Source: Octopus sinensis
Taxonomy: Eukaryota
DNA length: 64,000 nucleotides
Direction of reading: 5' to 3'
Assembly: GCF_006345805.1 (NCBI RefSeq)
Contig: NC_042997.1
Span: 76,570,001-76,634,000 of the forward strand
The notes below the pieces were generated by a model that was given only the letters and a program-made list of their open reading frames with translations, searched no databases and had not been told where the DNA came from. How positions within the stretch are numbered: position 1 is the stretch's first letter; each line of letters begins with the position of its first letter. Of this stretch, positions 23,702 through 36,269 are shown piece by piece. Made by a program: the position numbers and the translations under genes.

Positions 23702-24215
23702 ATATACACACACATACAAAAATGTATATAAATGCATAGTGAATGTAATTGAAATTGAAACCATGTAATAGTGAAACTATTATATCATATTACAATAGAG
23801 ATGTTATTGTTTCACTTTTGACACAATACTGAAACAGTGTAAGAGGTAAGAGATTGTTCTGGTCTCACATTAGGCAAGGAGTTGAAAATTTTTTTTTTGG
23901 GGGGGGGGGCATGACACTCCATGGACCCTAAGTAAACACATGTGTAAAATTTGAATGACATTGCTTAGGTAGTTCTCGAGTTTTAGTGATGCACACACAC
24001 ACACACACATTCTTAGTTTTATATACATAGATATACTAATGTATACATATACACAATAAGTCCCCATGCATAAGTTTATGTGAATACACACACAACATTT
24101 ACTGTTTGCATTTACATTTACACACACAACATTTACTATTGTGTTTATTATTGACTTTAATTTGTATTTTTGAACTTTTGTGTTGAACATTTTACATTTT
24201 ATTTAGTTTTTCAAT

Positions 24216-25480
24216 ATGGCAACAAAATATACTGTTTTGGAGTGGCAAATAGTGGTCCCCCAAACAGTGGTTGCAAAGTTTTTCTGAGAGAACGGTGGTG
24301 TTAAGAACCTATTCTAAGGTTCTTGACACCATCACTGTGTTCTCACAGACTGATATTGAAAAAGAGTTGGTGGAGTACCTGCCAACAATTGGAAGGGGAG
24401 AAAATTTTTGTTTCTCCCCAGTTATGAAGGGAGGAGACTGGGTGTGTGGGCTGCCATCTGGTATAGAGCCCAAATGGATAGAAGACACTATCAGTCGGGG
24501 TCTGAGTGGCAGCACTGCCAGGCTCTTGAATGTCTCCCTGCGGCTGATTGGGTGGGATCAAAAACAATTTTGATCCTATTGACCCAATCAGCCGATGATC
24601 TGGTTTTGCCAAATTTTCTAACAATGGTACCTGGTGATCCTTGAGGGACGCCCCCCCCCCCAAGTGTCACCTGTGCCTGGAATTGGGTCACATATAGTAA
24701 AACTGCCACTGGGACCAAGCAAAGGTCCCAGAACAGTTAATAGAAGAGTCCCTGTTCTCCCATTGGAGGGGGGGGGAGAAGGAAGAAGTCGAGGAGAAGG
24801 CAACCCCATCGAAAAAGAAAGAAGGTGGGCAACAATGGTTGCCCATCAATGGATCCTGAGGTGGCGGGAGGAATGGAAGGACTTCCAGACAAGACGGAGG
24901 ACTCCACCCTTCTGTTGTAAAGGAAAAGCGGAAACGAAAAAAGAAGAATGGGACATTGTCGGCAGTTGATGGTGAACTGCTGGCATGCCCGGAAACTTTG
25001 TTGGTGGGATGTGTGCCACTGACAGAGGAAACATGATTTTGTCATTTTCTTCCAGAAGGGAGGGGCAGTACAGAGCTTTGTAAAGAAGCTGGATGACTGG
25101 ACAGTGGATGAGCTGGATGCCCTGGACAGTGGATGAGGATTGGCCTTTGCAGGTGACTATGAAGGTCATATTGGATGTCAGTATGTTCAGAGTGATGGGC
25201 ACCTTCTCGAATGTTCAGATTTGTATTCTGGGGACCTGGACCTGGAGCAGTGCCTAAGGGTAGCGTACAGCCTGGTTGGGGAGGAGGATGATTGAGCTTT
25301 GTGTATAATATTTATATATATTATATGTAATTATTGAACTATATTGTCGTTTGTAATGGACTGCTAAGTCCAAAAATTGAAAAGTTGTAAATGTTGTAAG
25401 AGGTTTAATACCTCATTTTGTGTTTGGTTTTAAAAAACAATGTTTTAGAGAAGCAAAAGTCAGCGGGTGCTTTTTGTCGT
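24216..25480 (+). mobile_element. ORF1-only (gag-like, CCHC) L1/Tx1-related element, HAL1-like, degenerate
   Basis: ATG at 24216; LPSYEGRR..VCGLPSGIEPKWI; ILEGRPP followed by KCHLCLELGHI..NC (24662-24707). No EN or RT follows. Confidence 0.6.
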
Positions 25481-25589
25481 TTCCCATCCTTATCATTTTT
25501 GCTTTGTTAGCATTCATTTCATTAATGTCCTTGTTCAGCCTGCAAATTTACTACTCTATATACTGCCTTTATGGCAAATATAATGAAAT

Positions 25590-25835
25590 AAAGTAGCTTG
25601 CTTACCAACCACATGGTTCTGGGTTCAGTCCCACTGTATGGCACCTTGGGCAAGTGTCTTCTACTGTAGCCTCAGGCCAACCAAAGCCTTGTGAGTGGAT
25701 TTGGTAGATGCAAAACAGACTGATAAAATAAGTACTAGGCTTACAAAGAATATGTCCTGGGGTCGATTTGCTTGACTAAAGGCAGTGCTCCAGCATAGCC
25801 ACAGTCAAATGACTGAAACAAATAAAGAACATAAA
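25590..25835 (+). mobile_element. tRNA-derived SINE, internally deleted
   Basis: Same head, core and tail as the 2322 copy. Confidence 0.8.
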
Positions 25836-26379
25836 AGAATGAGTAATCTATATACGGAAGAAAGGCAAAGCCAACTTTGGTGGAATTTAAATCGGAATTT
25901 AGGGATGGGCGAAATATCACTAAACATTTTGCCCAGCTCACTAAAGGTTCTGCCAGCATTGCTGCTGTATTAACAATAATAGCAATGATAAATAAATATA
26001 ATGATAGTAATAATTATAAAAAAACATAAGATAACTAAAAAATTCATTTGGACATTCGATATCTTTAAAACTCCTTTTGGGTAATGAAAGATGTTCGTTT
26101 TTGGGTGTGCATTTAAAATCAATGTTGAAAGGTTCTGTAGGCAAATTGCAATATAAAAAAAGCTTTCATATGGTATATAAAGGGGGTGCATTTAAGAGAA
26201 AAACTTAAAATGTAATAAAAATTAAAATATAGTTTGTATCCAGTAGAAGGTTTCCTTGAAAGGTGAAAATGTAAAATGAATGTTATACAAAGTGATGCTG
26301 GTTTAAGTGAAATAATCAAATTCAAATTGTAATTCATAGTTTTCACTGGGCACACTGAATGGAGCTTCTGCCTACACCT

Positions 26380-26870
26380 TTCCTACAAATCATACAGGGC
26401 TACCTACCTACCTACCTTAGTCTTTCCTCAGTTAACCTTAAGGTCCTTAGATTCCAGGTTTTGCTTCCACACCTGGTATTTCTTGTCTGTCTCTGATATG
26501 GAACTGCTATGAGGGCAAGATCATCAGTATATAGTAGTTCCCAGGGACTTGCCTGTCTTGAACTCCACTGTTATGTCCTGGAGGACAATATCAAAAGGAG
26601 GGGGCTAAGGACTGAGCCTTGATGAAGCTCTACTTGTACTGGTGTGCTTGTGGCTAAGTCTCACCTTACAGACAGTGTCTTTGTACATGGCCTGTACAGC
26701 TTTCATCAGCCAATTGTCTATCCCTAGCCTCCTCAGAGCCCACCATATCACACAGTGGGATTTTCTGTAGATCAATGAATGCCAAGTATAATGGTTTATT
26801 CTTAGCTACGTACTTCTCTTCTAGCATATTGAGTAACTACATAGATTTGCTATCATTGGTTTGAGTTCTA
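26380..26870 (-). mobile_element. RTE LINE RT fragment
   Basis: Reverse complement of the 7960-8420 region. Confidence 0.75.
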
Positions 26871-27718
26871 TTTTGGCTTGAGAAGTGTAGAGATTGAATG
26901 AAATTGTCTGATTCTATGGTGTAAATAATTAAATGGACTATATTGGATGTGGAGTATCCGGGCTAAGTATTTCTAATGTTAGAGTGCATTGCTCTTTCAT
27001 TGGAACCTATGATAAGTTTCAAAACTGTTATTGTTAGGCTCATTTTCAAAATTTTGGGAATTTGACACTGTTAGTTAGAGAGGTTTATTGTTGGTGAAGT
27101 AAAGGATTCCTTCATGTCTTTCTTTATAAGTGTAAGTTGGTGTAAGCTTTGATTTTGTTAGTACTATGTCTTTTAAACATTTGGATTTCTCAGTTACTCT
27201 CTTAGTTTTCGAAAAAGTTATCAGCATATCTGTATATAAATAAGATATGCTCTTTCATTTACTCCTTGTTTTTTGGGGTTTTTTTTCAAGAACGTGTGCA
27301 TTTTTTTAGTCTATTTTTTACCTTTAATTATTATGCTATTATATTTTTGTGCTAAAAGTATTATGATATTTTTGTTGTTCTGAAGAATATTGATGGAATT
27401 ATTTTGCTCTGAGATGTTTTGTGATATCTGTGGAGGAGATCCACTAAATATTTTAATAACAAACCAAATTCAGGACTGAGTGCAAGATGAAATAAATATT
27501 TATGCATCATTAAAATTGGCACATTCTTATCATATGATGATCACTTATGTGATACAATTATGTATGTAAGTTCAAACTGAAAGAAATGTATATATGTAAA
27601 ATATTGCATCTGATGATGATCACAGAATCTATATCACATATATAAAACAAAATAGTGATATGAATAGTTTTCCCAATATCTATTATTATAATATATTTTA
27701 TATTTTCTTTTCATTCAG

Positions 27719-27863
27719 TTGCAGCCTCGAATGTTTCATGTAGCTGTTAATACTCGGAATTATATGCTGTTGATAGGAGGCCGGACTATAGATAGATCAC
27801 CAATTAAAGATATTCTTTTGTATCATTTTAAATGCAATACATGGCAGAACATTTCCTTCAAAG
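27719..27863 (+). CDS. MEGF8: MEGF8-like exon B (kelch; LQPRMFHVAVNTRNYMLLIGGRTIDRSPIKDILLYHFKCNTWQNISFK)
   Basis: TTTTCATTCAG acceptor; AAAG/GTAATC donor; phase 0 in, 1 out, compatible with exons A and C. Matches MEGF8 PRPRLFHA..MVVLGGR..DVLLYQVNCNAW. Confidence 0.9.
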
Positions 27864-28379
27864 GTAATCATGTTATTTGTCAAACATATTATTTAAATTA
27901 TTTGAAATTGACTTAATCTGAAATTATCTATTTATATAACATTGAAAATATCAGAGAGAAAAGAGATTATGTTAAAAAGAGAAAAGAGATCAATGCTGAA
28001 ATGACTGGAAATAAGAGGTCCAGGATTTGAATATTAATTTAAAAATATGAAATGCTATTAGCATCAAATATATTTTATCATAATATATAAAAAAAATTCC
28101 AATTCCAAGTATCTCTTAGTTGTCATAAGAATTAAATATGAGATAGCAAAGAAATAATTAAAATTTCTTCATTCATTCATATGGATGTGAGTATGACACC
28201 ACTCATGGATGTATCTGGGTGTGGCTTTCCATTTTCCAAGTATAGTATCTGTAAATATTCTCACTGTAGACGGAAAAGTGTAAACACACCAGGTCATTTT
28301 AGAGTGCCCTCTATCCAGATCAATGGATGCATGCATTTTGTTGTGGTTATCCTATCACATTGAACACTGGAGATATGTA

Positions 28380-29400
28380 GAACAGTATCATTATCTTTAT
28401 CAGTCACCTGTCTTCTGTGCTGGCATGGATTTGATGGTTTGACAGGATCCAACAGGTCAGAAGATTGCATTGTACTGAGCTCCAAGTCAGTTTTGGCATG
28501 GTTTCCACAGCTGGATGCCTTTCCTAATACCAACAACAGAGTGTACTGGGTGCCTTTTTGTGTTACCAACTAGGTAACTTGCAAGATAAGATCCTCTCAA
28601 CTTAGTGAGGGTGTAGTATTGAGGGAGGTGGCTTAATGCCAAGTGTTGAGAGGTAAAAGTATGATAGGAAGATAGGAACAGGCGACTTGCTGTCGAAGAG
28701 ATACATAGCTACCCCAGCTGGATAGGGGAAGTGAAAGTTGCTGGTGTCAGGATATGCACTCAAAACATAAAAAGGTGATTATATACAGAAGAACAGGAGT
28801 GGTAGGCAGATAAGTTTGCAAGAGTGTGAGGAGAATGATAGATGGTTAGATGTGGAGACATAGGTGAATGCAGTGAATGGCAAACAGTGGAGGATGGTCA
28901 ATGATAAATATCAGTTTAGGAGGGAAGATGATGGAAATAAGAGGGGGTCAAGGAGGAGGAGGAGAAGGCAGGTGGCAGTACAGAATAAGGTAGGTGGAGA
29001 GCAACATTATAACAGAATTGTGTAGGTGAAAATTAGGGGGATGATGTGAAGTGTGGATGGGAAAGGAGAATACACACTAACAGGGGTGAAGATCAGAGAT
29101 AGATTTGAGAGAGCAACAAACAATAGGGGGGGTGATGGCTGATATGAGGTGTTTAATGGAAAATACAGTAGTTAGGGATAATATTGAGAATGCAGGGTGG
29201 GTGACAAGGGGAGGTGGCTCCAAAAAGTGGGGAAAATGGTTGTATTAATGAGGGATGAAATATGTGTCTCTGTTTTCATATGATTACAGTAGCTGGGTAA
29301 ATAATGCTGTAGTTAGAAGAGTGGTGGGTATTGGGAGGATGAATTACGAAGAAGGCTTGACAGGCTTTGGACAAAATTATGGAAATCCAACTTTTTATTT
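28380..29400 (-). mobile_element. LINE-type 3' tail with a long purine-rich (plus strand) extension; related block at ~61190-61860
   Basis: Shared GAGGGAGGTGGCTT..ATACATAGCTAC segment next to an RTE-like tail. Confidence 0.5.
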
Positions 29401-29559
29401 AACTATTTTTTTCTTTTGGTAAATATAACAAATTCAAAACTGTTCTTGTTTAAGTATGTGTTCATATGCAATATGTATACCTTGTACTTTATGATATAAC
29501 CCTTTGTTTTCTTTTCCTTTTCTTTTCTCTCTCTTTTTTTTTTTGAGGTATTTATATTT

Positions 29560-30545
29560 AAATAAGTTAAAATGCATGACCAATCTGATTTCCAAAGAAG
29601 ACAAATAGTTGGAGTGTGGATGGTTGGAGTTTCATTCACTAATATTTCAAGAAGTGCTGTCTCTTAAACCATGTTGGCATTTCAAAACCAAGGTATAACT
29701 TGCTCTGACATGCATAATTCTGAGCAGAGGCAAATTTCACTGAGAGGGACCAAAGAATAATGAAATGTATTGTGTTTAAAAATCATTAACTACTGCAGCA
29801 AAAGTGAAAGCAGAGCTTAACCCCCACTTGCCAACCATTTGTCAACCAGAACCATTTGCTGTGAGCTCTATAAAGCTGATACCATAAGTGAGCTACAACT
29901 GATAAATCTCTCCTGTCTCTCATTGATATTGGTAAGTGGAAAAAATGGTATCCACACAAACAGCAAGTGGCCATTTTGGAGCAAGTTTTTGTTTGGAGAC
30001 AGCACAAAGAAACTCTCAACTCAGTTTGGCTCCCTACCATGAAGCATAGCAGTGGCTCTGTGATTTCGGTACTAATATCACAGAATATTCTTGGCCTTTT
30101 TAATGTTCTACATGGTGGAGTTAACACCAGTATTTTGGCTGATCATATCCAATATATAGTACAGATTTTGTTCTTGATGGTAGTGCAATCTTCCAGGACA
30201 ATGATGAACATGATAAATATTATTCAAAGCTGGTGTGACAATCTCAAAAGTGAAGTTGACTACTTGGGCTGCCTCTTCTTCCCACAGTCTCTAGATCTGG
30301 ATATAATCAAACATATATAGTGCATTTTCAAGCTGCAAGGAAAGAGCCACTTCCCTCTGCCATCATTGCTGAAAGAGCTAAAACATGTTTTACTTGAAGA
30401 ATAGATCAAAATTTTCCTAACAACCATTCAGAATCTGTATGAGTTAATTCTAAAATGTATCAAAGCTGTGATTGATGTCCAAGATGAGTCAACTCTGTGT
30501 TAAATAATAAAACTTCCATTTAACAAGTTGTTTCCATTATTTTGT
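29560..30545 (+). mobile_element. Degenerate Tc1-like transposase
   Basis: DQSDFQRRQIVG, TTAAKVKAELN..STRTICCEL, AIFQDN, PQSLDLDIIKHI. Confidence 0.75.
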
Positions 30546-30589
30546 CTTACCTTCAGACATGGAGCAAGAGTGAAACCTTGTTTTATCCT

Positions 30590-31230
30590 TTGTGTACTAA
30601 AAGGGTGCCCCTTCAACATCTCCTTAGCAACTGTCCTGGAGTCTTAGCCAATGGCCAGTACTGTTGATGACATGACCAAGTGCTCAGGGTAGTTATGAAA
30701 GTGATATTGACAGCCATTCAGTTAATACCACCCCAGGAAAGAGGCTATCATCACTTTTCTCTGAGCTGGAGAGAAATCCAGTTCACTGAAACTTCAACCC
30801 CACAGCCTTAGATTGGCATCTGAACGTAGATCTTGTAGAAAGTTTCCAGGTCATATCATAGCAACAACACTCTTCCCAAATATAGTGATCTCAAATTCCA
30901 CCAAACAAGTGATCGTGTGGGAACTGACTTTGCACTGAGAGGAACACATGGAAGAAGTTCATGTGAGGAAGCTTGCCAGATTGGTAGAGACGTGCAGAAA
31001 TTGGAGCTGGCAGGCATGCTGCAAGGCAGTAGAAATGGGCTATTGAGGTTTTGTGGAACCTATATTCTGAAAACCTCTGGCAGGCCTTGGAGTTACTGGT
31101 GCAGTAAAAAGGAGTACTATAAATTCTGTCTGTGAAACTGCAAAGAAAGTTACTATGGGGCTTTGGAATAGGGGTCAGACCAATAGTTTGGTACTACTAG
31201 GACGTATGCTGATTCTTGATCAATCCTGGC
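30590..31230 (+). mobile_element. REL-endonuclease non-LTR element 3' fragment (HERO-like)
   Basis: LQHLLSNCP..HDQVL, then TTLFPNIVISNSTKQVIVWELT..EEHMEE..RK..LVETCR..W.A.CKAVEMG..GF. Confidence 0.65.
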
Positions 31231-31529
31231 TGGGTTAACTGGGCCAGGGGGTCTGATGGTGAAACCCATAAGATCCTAGAAACATTACTGACAATACGTT
31301 CCAGAGATTCTATGAGATGTATTTTAAACAATATGTATATAGTCTATACATCTATATTTGTGTATGTTTGTGTGCTTGTGTGTGTATATATATATATATA
31401 TATGAATGTATGCATATCAGTTCTGTTTTTAATTATTTAAATTCTTCCTCTGAGGAAGGAGCTGGTTTCTACAAAGACACAAAGCTCCATCTTTGTAATG
31501 TAGATAACGAAAGCAATGTCACATATTAA

Positions 31530-32650
31530 ACCTGAGAAAAGTCATGTATAGTTTTACTGTTCCATTTACAGATTGTATTTGTAATGTGCAAATCAGTTGG
31601 TTGATTTCTTTTTCTGAAAATCCAACCCTGTCCAGATTGATAGTTAAGCATTTACTTACTAACTCAATTGCTTCAGTTATTGTTGGTGTTAATATAAGTT
31701 TGTAATCCGGATATAGAAGCTGGAGGTTTCAGAGCAGTTGTCGATATTTGTCTTTTTTTATTTGATTTTCAAAGAGATATTCATATCAGCAGGACAACTT
31801 TATGATGGTACATACTTATCTGTCCCAAACAATAATATCCAGCCTGTTATTGCTTACACTTGACAGATGTTTTGATGGGAATGTTCCACCAGATTTCCTT
31901 GTGCTGGTGTTTGTGTACGTATTCAATAACAGGAGGATTCTCTATATTTATTCCAGGATAGTCTTTCTTCCAAATAGAATTGTATATTGTTTTCGTGATA
32001 TCATGTCATATAGGGAGGTAATACCTTGATGACATTTTTGGGCTGCTAATCACTTGTGTGATGTCATCCACAGAAATTTAAAATAATCTACATTTTCAGT
32101 TATCTTAGTTGATTAGGTATTTAGTAGCAATCTGCTGTTCTTGGATTGCAAATGTACAGCCTTCAAAGTGTGATGTGATGTAGTGGTCCAAGAAAGGCCT
32201 TACTTCATGCCAATGTCATTATCTTCTTCAACTCTTCAGGAAACATACTAATGCATGGTCTCTTTTGGTATGCTGAGCGTTTCCCCTCCAGGTCTTCTTT
32301 GAGGTATGCTAGTCTGGCTGATTTGGGGTTGTATGGAAGGTTGTCAGGAACAGAACACTTTCTGAGAAGCTCACTTCCAACATGTAAGATATTGTTTTTT
32401 TTACTTTTCAGCACTAAGTTAATGTATATATTTCTGCTGCTGTTGTTTAGTAAGTGCTGTCTGAGAGAGACTTCTGACATTTGAAGACTGTCTGCGGTGA
32501 TCTCAAGCCTCTACCTCCTTATCTCTTCATTGGTAGAACCTCATGATATCGCTATTTTTGTGGAGAATTTCAGTTGATATTAGAATCTTGCAGGTTTGAT
32601 GTCTTTGGGGTGAACTTCTTTGACAGACTACTCAAGTATCCCAAATGTTT
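31530..32650 (-). mobile_element. REL non-LTR element 3' part (R4-like), degenerate
   Basis: FAIQEQQIATKYL, PKMSSRYYLPI*HD, KEIWWNIPIKT..NRLDIIVWD, SCPADMNIS, LQIQSVNGTVK. Confidence 0.65.
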
Positions 32651-33178
32651 GAATCAGCACTAATACTGCAAATGTGTGTGTGTGTGTGCGTGTGTGTGTG
32701 TGCATGTGCATGTGTGTGTGTGTGTGCATTATGTAATTGGGGTAAAACTTAAGCTGTATCCTCTTGAAGCATATCTGCTTATCCGAGTATTACAGTTCAG
32801 CATGTACATGAGGTACATATTAAAGTTGAAAATTCTGAAAATATTGTTAGCAGAGTTATTATATAACAAAACAGGAACTTGGAGAATTTTTTTGGCATTA
32901 TAATGCTCATAAACAATTATTTATTCACCATTACACATGTTTCATTTGCTAACAGGCATCACAAAATTATATAGGTTCGATCCAACATGTAAGAAATTTC
33001 CTATTAGAAATTCTTCAGACAGATATTCAAATAATAGAAAATTTACATTTGGATAAAGCATTTATAAATAGTTAATAATTAAGAGTAGTAGAGATAGTTG
33101 GAAAAGAGAATAAAGAACAAATCAAATGATAAAGATAATGTGTGTGTATATGTGTATATGTGCATATATATATATGTG

Positions 33179-33288
<110 letters not shown>

Positions 33289-33589
33289 GTGTGTGCTGTT
33301 CCATTATGGTAAGATCAACAAAAAAGTACTCTGGTGAGACACAAATATCATTTAATAAATGCAATATACATTTTTATGTGCTACTATTAGTTTCATGTGC
33401 TGAAAGCTTGCTAGAACATATTTTTTAACATGTCTTGTGTCCTAACACAATCATCAGGCACTGCCCTGTACTAGGACATCAGATATGTTAAAAAATATTG
33501 TCTGGCATGCTCTCAATACATGAAACTAATAGTAGCACATAAAACCATATAGTGTTTATTAAATGATTTCTCTCTCTCTCTCTCTCTCT

Positions 33590-33637
<48 letters not shown>

Positions 33638-35357
33638 ACAGGAAGGATATAATATCCAGGCAGATACCAAATTTCTCTGAGTAGAATGCCAAGACTGGTT
33701 CCTTCTGATGGTGCATTTTTTGGTAATCTTCCTTTAGCTCCCATTTGATAGTTTATTTCTTGGCTACATAGAGTGTAAAGTACAATATTTATAAGGAGAA
33801 TGAATGGAATGAGGAATTTGAACATTCAAACTTTATGGTTATTTCCAGTTAGTTCATTCGTAATAATAGTCCAACACATATTTCAGTCACACCAATTGCA
33901 TATTGTTGCATATTGAAATGCAGCGATTTATGTATTATTAGTGTGATCTCTCCAGGACATAAAAACATGACATTTTTCAAAGAGGAATTTTCCTCTGCTA
34001 TTAGTTTAAATTAAGCTTGATAGTAGTTGTAAACCATGACATTCTTCTGTGAGATGTTTTTCTCAATTGTTTGTTTAAGTTAGCAAATGTTCTTGGCTGG
34101 GCAGGAAATGGTTCCTTATAAAATACTTATTTTTTATTGATTCTTCATAATTCATAGTCACAAGGTATATTGATGGATTTCAGAGTTGATTGTATTATTT
34201 GAAATTTGTGAAAGTTATTAATAGTAGTAATGGGTAATTACGTAGCAGTAAGAAGCATGTGGTTATTAAAATGAAGTAGTCAGTTGTATTTTAAATTCTT
34301 CTAACTTATTATTATTGTGTTTAAATGTTTTTAGGTTATTTATAATCTTAAATTGAATTCTATTCTTATCGTCTTTATATGCATCTTTATTATTATAGTT
34401 ATTGTATTTATGTTTAGAGAAAAATATTTTATTGAAATTATATAAATTAATGCATTCTATTATTTAATTTTTTAAAAAAGAAAACTTTGTTTGTGTAAGC
34501 AATTAAAACTTCTTTTCTGTTTAGTGTTAACTAAATTATTTTTTGAAATAGATATTTGGTATAATTCCTCCAGGTATAAATTGTATCTCTCATCTCCTAT
34601 TTTATAAAGTTTCATAGTACTAATAAAATTAAATATTCATTAAAATAGGAAATTATTAGTACTGCAAAACCTTATAAAATAGAAACAAAAGATGCAATTT
34701 TGCCTGGAGGTATAGTACCAAATATTTATTTGTTAAAATAGGTTAGTTAACACTAGACAAGAAAGAAGTTTTAATTGCTTACACAACATTTTCTATTTAA
34801 ATAATACAATACATTAATTTATATAATTTCAATAAACTTTTTCCTCTGAGCATAACTATAATATCAAAGACATATAAAGAATATAGAATAGAGTTAAATT
34901 TACGATGATATATAATATAACCTAAAAACACTTTAAAACAATAGTAATAACTAACTGGACCCATGAAGAATTCACGGAAAACATAAAAAGTGTAAGCATC
35001 TGCAAACAGTGTTCTGGTGCCATGAGAAATGTTTGTATATTATGACTGTCTGTCTTTATTTTCTGAGTTCAAATTCTGCCGAGGTCAACTATGCCTTTCA
35101 TCTTTTTGGGGTTGATAAATTAAGTGCCAGTTGCATACTGATCTAATCAACTGGCCTCTCCCCATAAAAATTTCAGGCCTAGAAAAGTATATTGTGACAG
35201 TTACAGAATATAGAATGTAATGTAACACCAATGACTATATAATTCAACTAAAATATCTCAGTCACACAAACATAAACGGAATTACTATTTAACCTTAAAA
35301 ACCATCGTACATATTCAAAGAACCTTCTTGCAGAACGTTTTTCTTGTATTCTTTTAT

Positions 35358-35530
35358 TCTTTTACTCGTTTTAGTCATTTGACGGTGGCCATGCTGGAGC
35401 ACCACCCTTTAGTTGAAGAAATTGACCCCTGGACTTAGTCCCTGTAAGCCTGGTGCTTATTCTATCAGTCTCTTCTGCTGAACAGCTAAATTACGGGGCC
35501 ACAAATGTATTAATATCGATTGTCAAGCAA
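35358..35530 (-). mobile_element. SINE 3' half
   Basis: Reverse complement of the SINE tail. Confidence 0.7.
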
Positions 35531-36269
35531 TGGTGGTGGTGGTGGGACAAGCACAGACACAAACACACACACAAACACACACACATACATATATGCATAT
35601 GTATATATGACGAGCTTGGAGGTAGTGGTGATGCTGGCTGGTGTGATTTTTGTGGTTTGCTGGTATGCCGAGAGATCCAGCAGGCCCCTAACTGGTTCCC
35701 CAATCTTAAAGGTGTAATGCGGATGTGTAATGATGACACATCAACGGATGAGCCAGAAATTCTAACTTAAAAAATAAAGAAAGATAAAGACAACGTATTC
35801 CAAAGCCAGCTGAAGTGTATTTTTATAATGAAAACAAATTCAGACTTTAAATTTTAGAGCAAAACACCACGTCTTTTGGTGTATGGCTGTAGTTGAAATG
35901 GGTTAAAACAAATGTGTGTGCATGTGTGTGGTTGGGCCTTTAATAGCAGTTTATGGTCAGACTCAGAAAGGAATTCAAAAGAGCAACACGTACAATTGTA
36001 TATATACAAACATACCCATGCATGCACACACATACACAAACATATCTAGAGAGAGTGGCAGTCAGACAGACAAACAGACAGTGTCAGATAGTCCACAACG
36101 AAGTCTTCACCTCTCTCCTTTTCTCTCTCTGTCTCTTTCTCTCTTCCTACATGTTGCTTTACCACAGACTGGAATTGTATTTCGGTCATGTTATTCTTTG
36201 CTCCACTGTGAAAGATTGTTTTTGTACTGAAGTTTGTGAAAATTTACTGTTTTGGTCGTCGAGACCACT

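Noticed and set aside
16496-23764. Many 60-250 aa ORFs rich in H/T/C/V/Y/I
   Set aside because: Translations of (CA)n, (TA)n and (TG)n microsatellites, not genes. The same applies near 14895, 33079 and 38747.
26870-27480. Possible very old PLE RT remnant on the minus strand
   Set aside because: No motif could be read with confidence.
31450-31530. CTGAGGA ... GAAAGC possible hammerhead
   Set aside because: GAAA does not follow helix II, and helices I and III cannot be formed.
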